NCBI RefSeq assembly: GCF_016446395.1
Contig: NZ_CP051168.1
Location: 3,564,787 to 3,621,578, forward strand
DNA: 56,792 nucleotides
Origin: [Phormidium] sp. ETS-05
Lineage (GTDB): Bacteria > Cyanobacteriota > Cyanobacteriia > Cyanobacteriales > Laspinemataceae
Reading direction: 5' to 3'
The notes below the pieces were generated by a model. That model saw nothing but the letters and a program-made list of their open reading frames with translations. It made no database searches and was not told where the DNA came from. Positions within the stretch are counted from its first letter, which is position 1, and every line of letters begins with the position of its first letter. Positions 47,966-56,792 of this stretch are shown here, piece by piece. The position numbers and the translations under genes were made by a program.

Positions 47966-50377
47966 CTACAAAACATCCAGTAATTTATCTACTACCTGTT
48001 TCCAGGTAAAATGCTGCCGGACAAATTCTGGGCCATTGCGGCGGGCTTGTTGCCGATAACTATCCGATTCTATAATAACATTCATTTGGTGAATTAAACT
48101 ATCTAAATCAGGATATAATAACCATAAATTATCTTCACCGAATTTCAATTGATTAAGACGGCTATCTATGGGTAAAGCAAAATCTGGATGAGTGAAATCA
48201 TCGGTAGAACCGCCTTGAGTGCAGATAACGGGTAAACCGCAAGCTGCAGCCTCCAAAACTGGCATATTAAACCCTTCGGCTAAATAAGGAGAAACATAAG
48301 CATCCGCCGCTTGATAGAGGCGAATGATTTCCGCCGCTGATAGGCTTTTGCCGATATAGGCGAGGCGCGGTTCTACTAGGGCAATTTCTGCATCGTTGAG
48401 GACAGACTGAGCCGCATCGGTTAAAAATTGGGTGGATTCAAATAAAGGCTCCGCTCCTTTAAAGACTAACCTAGCTTGGGGATAGTGTTCCGCAATGGCG
48501 GCAAAAGCCTTTAACAGGGGACGGATACCTTTATTATCGGATAAAATGCCGATATTTAAAAACACGAAACAATTTTCTATCCCCATTTGTTGCCGCAATG
48601 TTTGCCGGTCTGATGGGGGCAGGGGTTTGTAGATATCCGTATCCACTCCGAGAGGCACGACAAAAACGCGATCGGCTGGGGCACCACTGCGGAGAAACCC
48701 GGATTTTGACCAATGGGAAGGGGTGATAATGATAGTCTCATTGTTGAGAGCTTCGGGAAACGAGGCCACCCCTATCCCGGCGAGCATTGATTTGGTGACG
48801 ATGCCTGCTTCCGTGGTGCAAAATACTGCTGTGCGTTGAGCATTGCCCGGTTTAAAATTATAGGGGATAGCCATGCGCAGTATCACATCGGCAAAGTGAT
48901 TAGGTGGTGGCGGGGGAATTTGATTTAATTTCGCGGCAGTATCGGCATCAAATAGGTTGATGTTTGGTTGCCAAGAGGATTTTAAATAGGGGACATCCCG
49001 ATGGAAAAGCTGAATTTGGGGACGTTGGCGCAGTTCCAGGAGCTGATATTGGTTGGCGATCGCGTAGGAATGGGGTAAAAATCGCCAACCTTCCACCACC
49101 AGGCTGCGGGTAGTGACTGGCTGGGATATCTGAGTTTGACTGGGGGGAGACAGTGACATATCTGGAGCAAGAATATTTAACAGTTGAGAAAGAGTATGTT
49201 TCCAGGTGAAACGCTGCTGCACCCACGCCGGACCGGTTTGGCGAGCTTTAGTAGTAATTTTAGTATCTAGGGCCGCCTCCATCAGAGCGATTAAACTATC
49301 TTTATCCGGGATAACGGCTAGTCCTTGGTCTTCTTCTGGGAGGATGATGGTTTTACGCTGGCTGGGGATATAAAGGGTAAAATCAGGATGAGTAAAGTCA
49401 TCCGTGGGACCGCCTTGAGTGCAGATAACGGGTAAACCGCAGGCGGCGGCTTCCAAAACTGGCAGGTTGAAGCCTTCGGCGAGGTAGGGGGAGATGTAGG
49501 CGTCGGCGGCTTGGTAAAGGCGAGCCAGTTCTGGACTAGATAAGTTATCACCGATGTAGGTTATCCGCTCTGAGATAAAAGCCGCTTCTCTATCCGTGAG
49601 TACCCGGCGGCTGATGTTTACCAGAGCTTCTCGCGAGGGAAACAGAGCATCTCGACCTTTTAACAATAGTCTGACGTGGGGATATTTTTGGGCGACTATG
49701 GCAAAAGCCTTGAGCAGTAACCCTATTCCCTGGGAACTACCGCACATTAACCCCACATTCAAAAAGACGAAGCATCCTTCTAAACCTAACTGTTGCCGCC
49801 ATAACTCCCTTTGGGCCGCATCGGCGGGGTGATAAATGCTGGTATCAACCCCTAGGGGGACAACTGCCAATTTACTCGGGTCGGCTCCACTGCGCAGTAA
49901 CCCTTCTTTGGACCAGTGGGACGGTGTGATGATAATAGCATCAGAGTTAGCCTGTGCTGCTGTGAGGAAGGAAACTCCCATCCCCCGCAACACTGCTTTT
50001 TCTAATATTCCCCATTCCACGCAGACAAATACTCCTGTGCGTTTGGCATCCCCCAACCCCCGATGATCGGGGGGCGAAAAGGAGGAAAGGTTGAAAGGAC
50101 AGTAAACCCGCCAGAGAGCGTCAGGGGAGACGGGGGAGGGGGACGGGGGGACGTTGAGAAACCCGGTTTCTAGGCTGTCCAAAACGGCGGCGGCTTCGGG
50201 ACCGAGGAGCCCTGGGACGGGTTGCCAGTCTGGGCTAAGATAGGGGGCGTCCTGATGCCAAACCTCTAGCTGCGGGTGGCGGAGCATTTCCAGGAGCAGA
50301 AATTGATTGATAATGGCATAGGAATGGGGGATGTGTCTCCATCCCTGGACAATAAGGCGTAATTTGCCCTTGGTCAT
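47966..50377 (-). CDS. Tandem-duplicated GT4-family glycosyltransferase (two complete GT-B units in one 800-aa protein)
   Basis: Two homologous halves, each starting (V)VQGWRxxPHSYAIxNQ and ending with the GT4 E-x7-E motif (AEGFNLPVLEAAACGLPVICTQGG) followed by DF(T)HPDF. Likely start at the M encoded at 50377 (MTKGKLRL); upstream codons lie in repeats. Confidence 0.65.
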   Translation of the reverse strand: MTKGKLRLIVQGWRHIPHSYAIINQFLLLEMLRHPQLEVWHQDAPYLSPDWQPVPGLLGPEAAAVLDSLETGFLNVPPSPSPVSPDALWRVYCPFNLSSFSPPDHRGLGDAKRTGVFVCVEWGILEKAVLRGMGVSFLTAAQANSDAIIITPSHWSKEGLLRSGADPSKLAVVPLGVDTSIYHPADAAQRELWRQQLGLEGCFVFLNVGLMCGSSQGIGLLLKAFAIVAQKYPHVRLLLKGRDALFPSREALVNISRRVLTDREAAFISERITYIGDNLSSPELARLYQAADAYISPYLAEGFNLPVLEAAACGLPVICTQGGPTDDFTHPDFTLYIPSQRKTIILPEEDQGLAVIPDKDSLIALMEAALDTKITTKARQTGPAWVQQRFTWKHTLSQLLNILAPDMSLSPPSQTQISQPVTTRSLVVEGWRFLPHSYAIANQYQLLELRQRPQIQLFHRDVPYLKSSWQPNINLFDADTAAKLNQIPPPPPNHFADVILRMAIPYNFKPGNAQRTAVFCTTEAGIVTKSMLAGIGVASFPEALNNETIIITPSHWSKSGFLRSGAPADRVFVVPLGVDTDIYKPLPPSDRQTLRQQMGIENCFVFLNIGILSDNKGIRPLLKAFAAIAEHYPQARLVFKGAEPLFESTQFLTDAAQSVLNDAEIALVEPRLAYIGKSLSAAEIIRLYQAADAYVSPYLAEGFNMPVLEAAACGLPVICTQGGSTDDFTHPDFALPIDSRLNQLKFGEDNLWLLYPDLDSLIHQMNVIIESDSYRQQARRNGPEFVRQHFTWKQVVDKLLDVL

Positions 50378-50560
50378 TTGTCCTTGGTCATTTGTCCTTT
50401 GTCCTTGGTCATTTGTCCTTTGTACCTTGTTTTTGTTCATACAAATGAAAACAGCGAATTTTAATGATGATTATTGGTCTTAAACTTTCATACAAGTGAG
50501 GAAACACAAGATGCAAGGGAAAAATGACAAGGGACAAGGGACAAATAACCTTTGTCCAAA
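50365..50560. repeat. Dyad-symmetric heptamer repeat block
   Basis: TTGGTCA/TTTGTCC arm, AT-rich centre, GGACAAG/GGACAAA arm. Confidence 0.8.
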
Positions 50561-50574
50561 GGTTATTTGGGGAG

Positions 50575-50639
50575 AGAAACCGGGTTTCTGCGACAATGTT
50601 GGTATTCTGACCGAGATTTGGTTAAGAAACCCGGTTTCT
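50575..50639. promoter_or_regulatory. Two direct copies of the near-palindrome AGAAACCsGGTTTCT(GCG) upstream of cysS; a third copy at 1478-1492
   Basis: 50575-50589 agaaaccgggtttct and 50625-50639 agaaacccggtttct lie 50 bp apart. 1478-1492 is identical to the second, in opposite flank orientation. Confidence 0.4.
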
Positions 50640-50731
50640 GCGGGAGTTGCTGATTTGTTCGATCGTAGTTGGGTTTCGTGCCTCAACCCAACCTACATAG
50701 CTACATAGCCTAACCTAATTGTTTCTTAATT

Positions 50732-52234
50732 ATGACTCTCTCTGTTTACAACACACTAAAGCGCAGTCTGGAAACCTTTGAGCCGGTGGAGCCGGGGAAG
50801 GTGGGGATTTATTGCTGCGGTGTCACGGTGTATGATTATTGCCATCTGGGTCATGCCCGGTCTTATATTGTGTGGGATACGGTGCGGCGTTATCTGATGT
50901 GGCAGGGCTACCAGGTGCGCTATGTGCAGAATTTTACGGATATTGATGATAAAATCCTCAACCGGGCGCGTCAGGAGCGATCGTCGATGGAGGAGGTGGC
51001 GGAACGCTACACCCAATCCTATTTTGAGGATATGGCGAAGTTGAATATTTTGGCGGCGGATGCCTACCCCCGCGCTACTCATACGATCGATGGGATCAAA
51101 CGCCTGATTTATGAGTTGGAGCAAAAGGATTATGCTTATGCGGCGGCGGGCGATGTTTATTATCGGGTGCTAAAGTTTCCTGAGTATGGCAAGCTGTCGG
51201 GGCGGAAGTTGGAGGAGATGAAGTCCGGCGCTAGCGGTAGGGTAGAGGTGGAAGACCCTGATAGTGCCAAAAAGCAAGATGCTTTTGATTTTGCCCTGTG
51301 GAAAGCTGCCAAACCAGGAGAACCGGCTTGGGAGTCGCCTTGGGGTTTGGGTCGCCCGGGCTGGCATATTGAATGTTCGGCGATGGTGCGCGACTGTTTG
51401 GGGGAAACTATTGATATTCATGCGGGGGGAGCGGATTTGGTTTTCCCACACCATGAAAATGAAATCGCTCAGTCCGAGGCGGTGACGGGGAAACCCCTGG
51501 CAAAGTATTGGATGCACAATGGCTTTGTCACGGTGAATGGGGAGAAGATGTCTAAGTCTTTGGGCAATTTCACCACGATTAGAGATTTGCTCTCTAGTGG
51601 GGTGGCACCGATGGCCCTGCGGTTATTCGTGCTGCACCAGTATCGCAAGCCTTTGGATTTTACCGAGGAGGCAATTGCTGGGGCTACTAATGCTTGGCAG
51701 ACTCTGAAAGAGGGGTTGCTGTTTGGTTATCAGTTTGGCCCGCAGTTGGGTTGGGATGTGGAGATGCTGTCTCCCCAAAACCCCCGTTTAGGGTTCGGCG
51801 CAGGGCCGTTCGGCGCGGGTCCGTTCGGGGGGTTCCACCCAGAAAAGTATTTCCGGGAAGCGATGGATGATGATTTTAATTTCCCTAACGCTTTGGTGGC
51901 TTTGTTTGAGCTGGCAAAATATTTGCGCCGGGAGGGAAATGTGTTGGTTCACGAGGGCAAAACGGATACTGATGCCCTGGTTTTATGGTCTCAATGGCAG
52001 ATTTTGAAGGAGTTAAGCGGGGTTTTGGGTTTGCAGGTGAGCCCTGATGAGGCAATATTGGAAGAGACGGGGGGTTTGACGGATGGGGAAATTGAGGCGC
52101 TGATTGCCCAAAGGACGGCGGCCCGCAAGGCTAAGGATTTTGGGGAGAGCGATCGCATCCGCGATGAACTCAAAGCCCAAGGCATTACCCTAATTGATGC
52201 TCCCGGTGGTGTCACTCGTTGGCATCGTAATTGA
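50732..52234 (+). CDS. cysS: Cysteinyl-tRNA synthetase
   Basis: HIGH motif (CHLGHARS) and KMSKS present. Zinc-binding Cys/His (CCGVTVYDYCH). 500 aa. Confidence 0.95.
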   Translation: MTLSVYNTLKRSLETFEPVEPGKVGIYCCGVTVYDYCHLGHARSYIVWDTVRRYLMWQGYQVRYVQNFTDIDDKILNRARQERSSMEEVAERYTQSYFEDMAKLNILAADAYPRATHTIDGIKRLIYELEQKDYAYAAAGDVYYRVLKFPEYGKLSGRKLEEMKSGASGRVEVEDPDSAKKQDAFDFALWKAAKPGEPAWESPWGLGRPGWHIECSAMVRDCLGETIDIHAGGADLVFPHHENEIAQSEAVTGKPLAKYWMHNGFVTVNGEKMSKSLGNFTTIRDLLSSGVAPMALRLFVLHQYRKPLDFTEEAIAGATNAWQTLKEGLLFGYQFGPQLGWDVEMLSPQNPRLGFGAGPFGAGPFGGFHPEKYFREAMDDDFNFPNALVALFELAKYLRREGNVLVHEGKTDTDALVLWSQWQILKELSGVLGLQVSPDEAILEETGGLTDGEIEALIAQRTAARKAKDFGESDRIRDELKAQGITLIDAPGGVTRWHRN

Positions 52235-52235
52235 T

Positions 52236-52375
52236 TTTGGTCATTTGTCATTTGTCCCTTGCCCTTTGTCATTTGATAATTGACAATTGATAATTGATAA
52301 TTGACAATTGTCCCTTGTTCTTTGGGGACAAAGGACAAGGGACAAGGGACAAGGGACAAATGACAAATGACAAAT
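52236..52375. repeat. Composite dyad repeat block: TTTGTCA arms flanking a CAATTGT-family palindromic core
   Basis: tttggtcatttgtcatttgtcccttgccctttgtcatttgataattgacaattgataattgataattgacaattgtcccttgttctttggggacaaaggacaagggacaagggacaagggacaaatgacaaatgacaaa. Confidence 0.85.
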
Positions 52376-52415
52376 CAGTGCTTAACTATTAATTTATTAC
52401 TCTAATTTTTGATAA

Positions 52416-53570
52416 ATGTCTTCCCAACAAAGAGTTACAATTTCGGCATCTACTGGAGTATTGATTATCTCTAGCGGCTTGCTGCTGGTGCTGCTGTGGC
52501 AGGTGAGAAGTTTGCTAGTGACCCTGATGATTTCGGTGGTACTGGCGGCTTCGATTTCTCCGGCGGTGGATTGGGCAGAAGGTCGGCGAGTGCCCCGGTG
52601 GGTGGCGGCTTTGGTGGCTTATTTCACCATCATCGCCGGGTTGACGGGGGTGTTGTTATTAATTGGTCCGACGGTATTAGACCAAATCGAATTGCTGATT
52701 AGTCAGTTTCCGGTGTATTTGGAAACTATCCAAAAGATTGCGGAGCAATTGGCGCTGCGGCTGAGCGAAGATAGTCCTAGTTTGGTGCGGGATTTATTTA
52801 ATACTCAGGCACTGACGGGGTGGGTGTTTCGCTCTTCTCAGCAGTTGCTCTTGCGCTCTTATGGGATTACCCGGGGAATTGTGGGGGGGGTGTTTACCCT
52901 GATTTTGTCCCTACTGATTTCCGGCTATATGGTGGCGGATAGTCGCACTTTGATTAAAAGTGTGGTACAGTTGTTTCCCGCTCCTTGGAACGATCGCCTG
53001 GAAGGGCAAGTGGGGGAGATATCCCGCCGTATGGGGGGGTACATCCGGGGACGCTTGCTGGTTTCAGCGATTTTGGGGGTGGCAATTACCGCTGGCTTGA
53101 CGATTTTGGGGTTGGCGGATTTTGCTCTCGGTTTGGGAGCGATCGCCGGGGTGACGAATTTGATTCCCTTTTTGGGGCCGATTTTGGGGGCGATTCCCGC
53201 CCTTATTGTAGCCATTTCTAAAGGATGGTGGTTATTTTTTTGGGTTTTGATTTTGTTTGTTATCATTCAAAATGTGGAAACATATATCTTAGACCCGCTG
53301 TTGGTTGGTTCTTCTGTGGGTATTCACCCCCTATACCAACTCCTGGCGGTGTTGTCGGGAGTGCAGGTGTTGGGGATTATTGGGGCGCTGATTGTACCGC
53401 CTTGGTTTGCTGGAGCAGCGGCGTTGGTCGAAAATCTCTACCTAAAACCTAAGTTGAAGGCAGAAATTACGGCAGCGGCTATAGCCAAAACTAGCTCTGG
53501 TACTACCTCTGAATCAATTTTGCCGCCATCACCCCCATCTGCTCTGGCAGAGGAAACCAATGATGAATGA
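52416..53570 (+). CDS. AI-2E family transporter (PerM/UPF0118-like) membrane protein
   Basis: About eight transmembrane helices with the family's conserved central loop (RRMGGYIRGRLLVSAILGV) and an LIPFLGPILGAIPALIV segment. Confidence 0.6.
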   Translation: MSSQQRVTISASTGVLIISSGLLLVLLWQVRSLLVTLMISVVLAASISPAVDWAEGRRVPRWVAALVAYFTIIAGLTGVLLLIGPTVLDQIELLISQFPVYLETIQKIAEQLALRLSEDSPSLVRDLFNTQALTGWVFRSSQQLLLRSYGITRGIVGGVFTLILSLLISGYMVADSRTLIKSVVQLFPAPWNDRLEGQVGEISRRMGGYIRGRLLVSAILGVAITAGLTILGLADFALGLGAIAGVTNLIPFLGPILGAIPALIVAISKGWWLFFWVLILFVIIQNVETYILDPLLVGSSVGIHPLYQLLAVLSGVQVLGIIGALIVPPWFAGAAALVENLYLKPKLKAEITAAAIAKTSSGTTSESILPPSPPSALAEETNDE

Positions 53571-53614
53571 CAAAATCAATAGTAATTGGTCAGTAAAAAC
53601 CTAACCTGATTCTC

Positions 53615-55432
53615 ATGTTCATCAAAACCCATTTAACTCCTGGCAAAATCGTCGCCTTGTATGCTTTGGTGGGAGGCTTTTGGATTATATCCTCGGACAA
53701 ACTCCTATCGCTGCTTTTGGCTAATCCCGGCAACGTCACGTTAAATCGCCTCCAAACTATTAAAGGTTGGTTTTATGTGTTGGCAACAGCATTGCTGTTG
53801 TACTGGTTGATTCAGCGCTATGCAGCAGCCCTTTATCGCTTTCAAAAGGAGTTGCAACTGGAGGAAGCGCGCTTAAGAGGGATTTTGGAGACCAACCGGG
53901 ATGGGATTGTGGTGTTCGATCGCGCTGGGAAAGTCACCCTCAGCAACCAAGCAGCGCGAGAAATCTTCGGACTTGAGGTGGGGAATGATTACCGCGAATG
54001 TCTCAAGCATATCAAGGCGGTTAATAGTACCTGTTTTCCTGAAACCGACCATCCTTTTGTCCAAGTAATGCAAACTGGCAAACCTCTGGCTGGGGTGGAG
54101 TGTATTGTGTCTCATGCGCACGGGGATGTGATTTTATCCGTGAACGCGGCGCCGCTTTACGATAATGCTGGTAAAATCGATGGGGTGGTGACATCGATTA
54201 CCGATATTACTGCCCATAAATTGGCAGAAGCTGCCGGACGCGATCGGGATGTTGCCCAAGCCAAAATCCGCGCCAAAACCGAATTTCTCGCCCATATCAC
54301 TCACGAACTGCGCACCCCTTTAAATGGCATTTTGGGGATGTCCCAAATGCTACAGCGGCAAATCTTCGGCGCTCTCAACCCCAAGCAACAAGACTACTTA
54401 AAACGCATCTATGGCAGCGGCGAGCATCTGCTAGAGCTAATTGATGATATCCTAGATATTTCCAAAGTTGAAGCCGGTAAAGAGCAGCTAAAATTAGCGC
54501 CAATCTCTGTCACGGACGTTTGCCAATCCTGCTTAAAATTAGTGCAAGAACGGGCTTTTGAAAAAGGTTTACAGCTCGCCAGCGATATTGAGCCAGCCGC
54601 CAAAATCTGTATCGCTGACAAACGCCGCCTCAAACAAATGCTCATCAATCTCCTTTCTAATGCCGTTAAGTTTACCCCCTCGGGCAGTATTTCCCTAATC
54701 GTGCGCCAGCTACCTGATGGCATCTATTTCACCGTCGCTGATACGGGTATTGGCATACCTCCCGAAGATATGCACCTACTGTTTCAACCTTTCCAGCAGC
54801 TAGATAACCAGCTCAAGCTCGACGTGAAAGGTACTGGTTTAGGTCTGGCCCTCACCCGCAATCTCGCTCGCCTTCACGGAGGCGATGTCACCGCCAAATC
54901 TACCTTGGGCGAAGGTTCTGAGTTTACCATTTTCTTGCCGGAAATCCCCACTGGTTATGTGCCTTCTTCTTTGCAGAAACTCCGGGTTAATCCGGCTAAT
55001 CAGGAGCTGCCTTACCAGGGGCGGATTTTAATTGTTGATGGTGATAAAGATGGGGTGATAGTCTGGCAAGACTATTTACAGTATCTGGGATTTCAGGTGC
55101 AACATCTCCCGGATGGCAACGACTTCCTGGCCGAAGTTAATGCTTTTGCTCCCAATTTAATTATACTAGAAATGACATTTTTTAGAGGATTAAGCGGTTT
55201 AGAATTGCTGGCACAGTTACGCCAACATCCCCAGTGGCAAACTCTACCGGTGGCGATTATTACGGCTACTACGGTGCCGATTTTTGGCTCGGACTCAGAA
55301 GAAACCGAATTTAGTGATACACCTTTTGAAGAAATCCAAAGCCGCTGTGTGGCTGCAGGGGCAAATGAATGTTTGAGCAAACCTCTGCCTCTGGAAGAAT
55401 TGGATGCTCTTTTAGTCCGTTTGTTGCTATAG
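53615..55432 (+). CDS. Hybrid sensor histidine kinase with a degenerate (Glu-substituted) C-terminal receiver domain
   Basis: Two transmembrane helices, a PAS domain, canonical HisKA H-box ITHELRTPLNGILGMSQML, and HATPase motifs (LLSNAVKFT, DTGIGIP, GTGLGLAL). The C-terminal REC-like fold (ILIVDGDKD ... T ... K) has Glu where the phospho-Asp would be (IILEMTFF). Confidence 0.75.
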   Translation: MFIKTHLTPGKIVALYALVGGFWIISSDKLLSLLLANPGNVTLNRLQTIKGWFYVLATALLLYWLIQRYAAALYRFQKELQLEEARLRGILETNRDGIVVFDRAGKVTLSNQAAREIFGLEVGNDYRECLKHIKAVNSTCFPETDHPFVQVMQTGKPLAGVECIVSHAHGDVILSVNAAPLYDNAGKIDGVVTSITDITAHKLAEAAGRDRDVAQAKIRAKTEFLAHITHELRTPLNGILGMSQMLQRQIFGALNPKQQDYLKRIYGSGEHLLELIDDILDISKVEAGKEQLKLAPISVTDVCQSCLKLVQERAFEKGLQLASDIEPAAKICIADKRRLKQMLINLLSNAVKFTPSGSISLIVRQLPDGIYFTVADTGIGIPPEDMHLLFQPFQQLDNQLKLDVKGTGLGLALTRNLARLHGGDVTAKSTLGEGSEFTIFLPEIPTGYVPSSLQKLRVNPANQELPYQGRILIVDGDKDGVIVWQDYLQYLGFQVQHLPDGNDFLAEVNAFAPNLIILEMTFFRGLSGLELLAQLRQHPQWQTLPVAIITATTVPIFGSDSEETEFSDTPFEEIQSRCVAAGANECLSKPLPLEELDALLVRLLL

Positions 55433-55600
55433 TCCTTTGTCCTTTGTCCTTTGTCCTTTGTTTTTCACACAAGTGATAAAAGCCTCCGTAGGGTGGGCAG
55501 TGCCTGCCCACCCTACTACAGAACTTGATATGACAAGGGACAAATGACAAAGGACAAAGGACAAGGGACAAATGACAAAGGACAAGGGACAAGCTGACTT
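55433..55600. repeat. Dyad heptamer repeat block enclosing a perfect 13-bp-stem palindrome (GTAGGGTGGGCAG tgc CTGCCCACCCTAC)
   Basis: TTTGTCC arm at 55433-55468, palindrome at 55487-55515, GGACAAA arm at 55530-55598. Confidence 0.85.
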
Positions 55601-55618
55601 GCGGACAATTCAGAACCT

Positions 55619-56178
55619 TTAAATTTGTTTAAAAACTAAAATACTCTCATAATTTGCTAAATCCAAAAATACCTCCTTTCGGAATGTGGCAATCTGTCTA
55701 AACCCTTGGCGCTGATGAAAGGCCAGGGAACGCTGATTGCCGACTGGTTTGGTGACAATGAAAGCCGATAGAACCGCTGGGGGCAGGCTTTTATATAATG
55801 AAGTATAGAGAAATTGCCCTATCCCTGACCCATATAATTGGGATTCACCGCCAGAATGTTGATATAAAAATGTTGATGAGTCAAAATTTTATCTATACAG
55901 CTTGCATCTTGCCAAGTAATTTGTGACCAAGAATCAGGTGTAATTTCTGGTTGTGTCAGCACTACAAATCCTAACAGATCATAAAGAGAATTAACCGCTA
56001 GCCAATACTGGAAACTTTTGGTTAAATTCTGATTAATTTCTTCTGCTGTCACTGGCGCCAATAAAAATCTTTTTCGGCGCCTAAAGTCTGGCGATCTAAA
56101 ACATGATGATTATCAATTTGAACAATAGAGTTAATATCGCGATTAGCCGCTAGTTGAAAATTAAGATTACCTGGTATC
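55619..56178 (-). pseudogene. GNAT-family N-acetyltransferase interrupted by two frameshifts (or assembly errors)
   Basis: Three consecutive frames read MIPGNLNFQLAANRD..., then ...LLAPVTAEEINQNL...NPNYMGQG, then IGQFLYTSLYK...NQRSLAFHQRQGF (GNAT motifs A and B). Both frame breaks are at homopolymers (AAAAAGATTTTT, GGG). Confidence 0.55.
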
Positions 56179-56434
56179 ATCGCATTAATTTTATTTGTAT
56201 TTTTTGTAATTTGTCATGTTTCCTTTGTCTTTTTTTCGCGCCACATCATCGGGACGCCTTCGGGAATTTTCGTGGTATTAATCCCCTTTCCCACTTGCAG
56301 ACCCAGATATAGCAGTAGCCACGGTAGTGAGGACAAACTCTTGGTCTGGCTTCACTAGATGTCCTAATCTCTCTGGCTACTGCTATATTATTCCTTGAGG
56401 GTTTCTGGTGGCGGGGGGCGAGAAGTTGGTGAGT

Positions 56435-56792
56435 TTAGGTGCTAGGATTGGGGGATGATGGTTGATAGTTAAATTTCTGCATTCGATCGCCACAGATGGT
56501 CTCGATGCGGCGGAGGTTTTCCGAGCCGAAAAATTCCCGCCATGCAATGGAGCGATCGCCCCGAGGCTGATACTGCACATCCACCTTGTCGCTGATATCG
56601 TTCAGCGGTTCCCACCCCAACTGGCGCGTCAAATTGCCAATAGCACCAACCTTGTCCTGCATAAAATCTTCATAACGCATCAGCACCACCCGATCGGGAT
56701 GTTGTAAATACACATCCGCCGCAATATTCCAGCGATGCGCCATCCGCTCAATATAATTATCTCCTGGCACATCCGGCAATTTTCCCTCTAGC
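56435..56792 (-). CDS. Sulfotransferase-family protein, C-terminal part (5' end outside the window)
   Basis: RVVLMRYEDFMQDKVGAIGNLTRQLGWEP resembles the conserved C-terminal segment of sulfotransferase-domain proteins. The ORF runs off the window edge. Confidence 0.45.
   Translation of the reverse strand, partial: LEGKLPDVPGDNYIERMAHRWNIAADVYLQHPDRVVLMRYEDFMQDKVGAIGNLTRQLGWEPLNDISDKVDVQYQPRGDRSIAWREFFGSENLRRIETICGDRMQKFNYQPSSPNPST

Noticed and set aside
47788-50440. N-terminal extensions MTKDKGQVTKDK (uvrD-like) and MNKNKVQRTNDQGQRTNDQGQ (glycosyltransferase)
   Set aside because: These codons lie in GGACAAA heptamer repeats. Real starts are probably the first ATG past the repeat block.

Overview
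The window looks like a filamentous cyanobacterial chromosome, probably Oscillatoriales, because HIP1 (GCGATCGC) is frequent and nearly every intergenic region carries STRR-like heptamer repeats (TTTGTCC / GGACAAA and CAATTGT families). It opens on a DnaA-box cluster (putative oriC) followed by dnaN. Next come an ECF sigma / anti-sigma / Spy-CpxP-like trio, a two-piece FAD-dependent oxidoreductase, a signalling cluster (an ethylene-binding-domain histidine kinase, a PAS histidine kinase and an Hpt protein), Hsp20 and a dynamin-like GTPase. The dominant feature is a complete type I-D CRISPR-Cas locus: a divergent WYL regulator, cas3', cas10d with an HD motif, csc2/cas7d, csc1/cas5d, cas6d, cas4, cas1, cas2, a leader and a 63-repeat array. 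A second array of 14 repeats lies about 23 kb upstream. It sits behind an older duplicate of the leader plus the 3' end of cas2, and a tRNA-Phe with a partial duplicate flanks it. Inside the cas operon, between cas3' and cas10d, are a degenerate two-repeat mini-array in antisense orientation, a small ORF with a strong Shine-Dalgarno, and a MntA/HepT-like (nucleotidyltransferase/HEPN) toxin-antitoxin pair whose stop overlaps the cas10d start. Downstream are a degraded UvrD-like helicase, a tandem-duplicated GT4 glycosyltransferase, cysS, an AI-2E transporter, a hybrid histidine kinase with a pseudo-receiver, a frameshifted GNAT gene and a partial sulfotransferase. Several genes (the FAD oxidoreductase, uvrD-like, GNAT, the cas2 fragment) are broken next to homopolymers, so some frameshifts may be assembly errors rather than biology. 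I could not run database searches, so all annotations rest on motif recognition and gene context.
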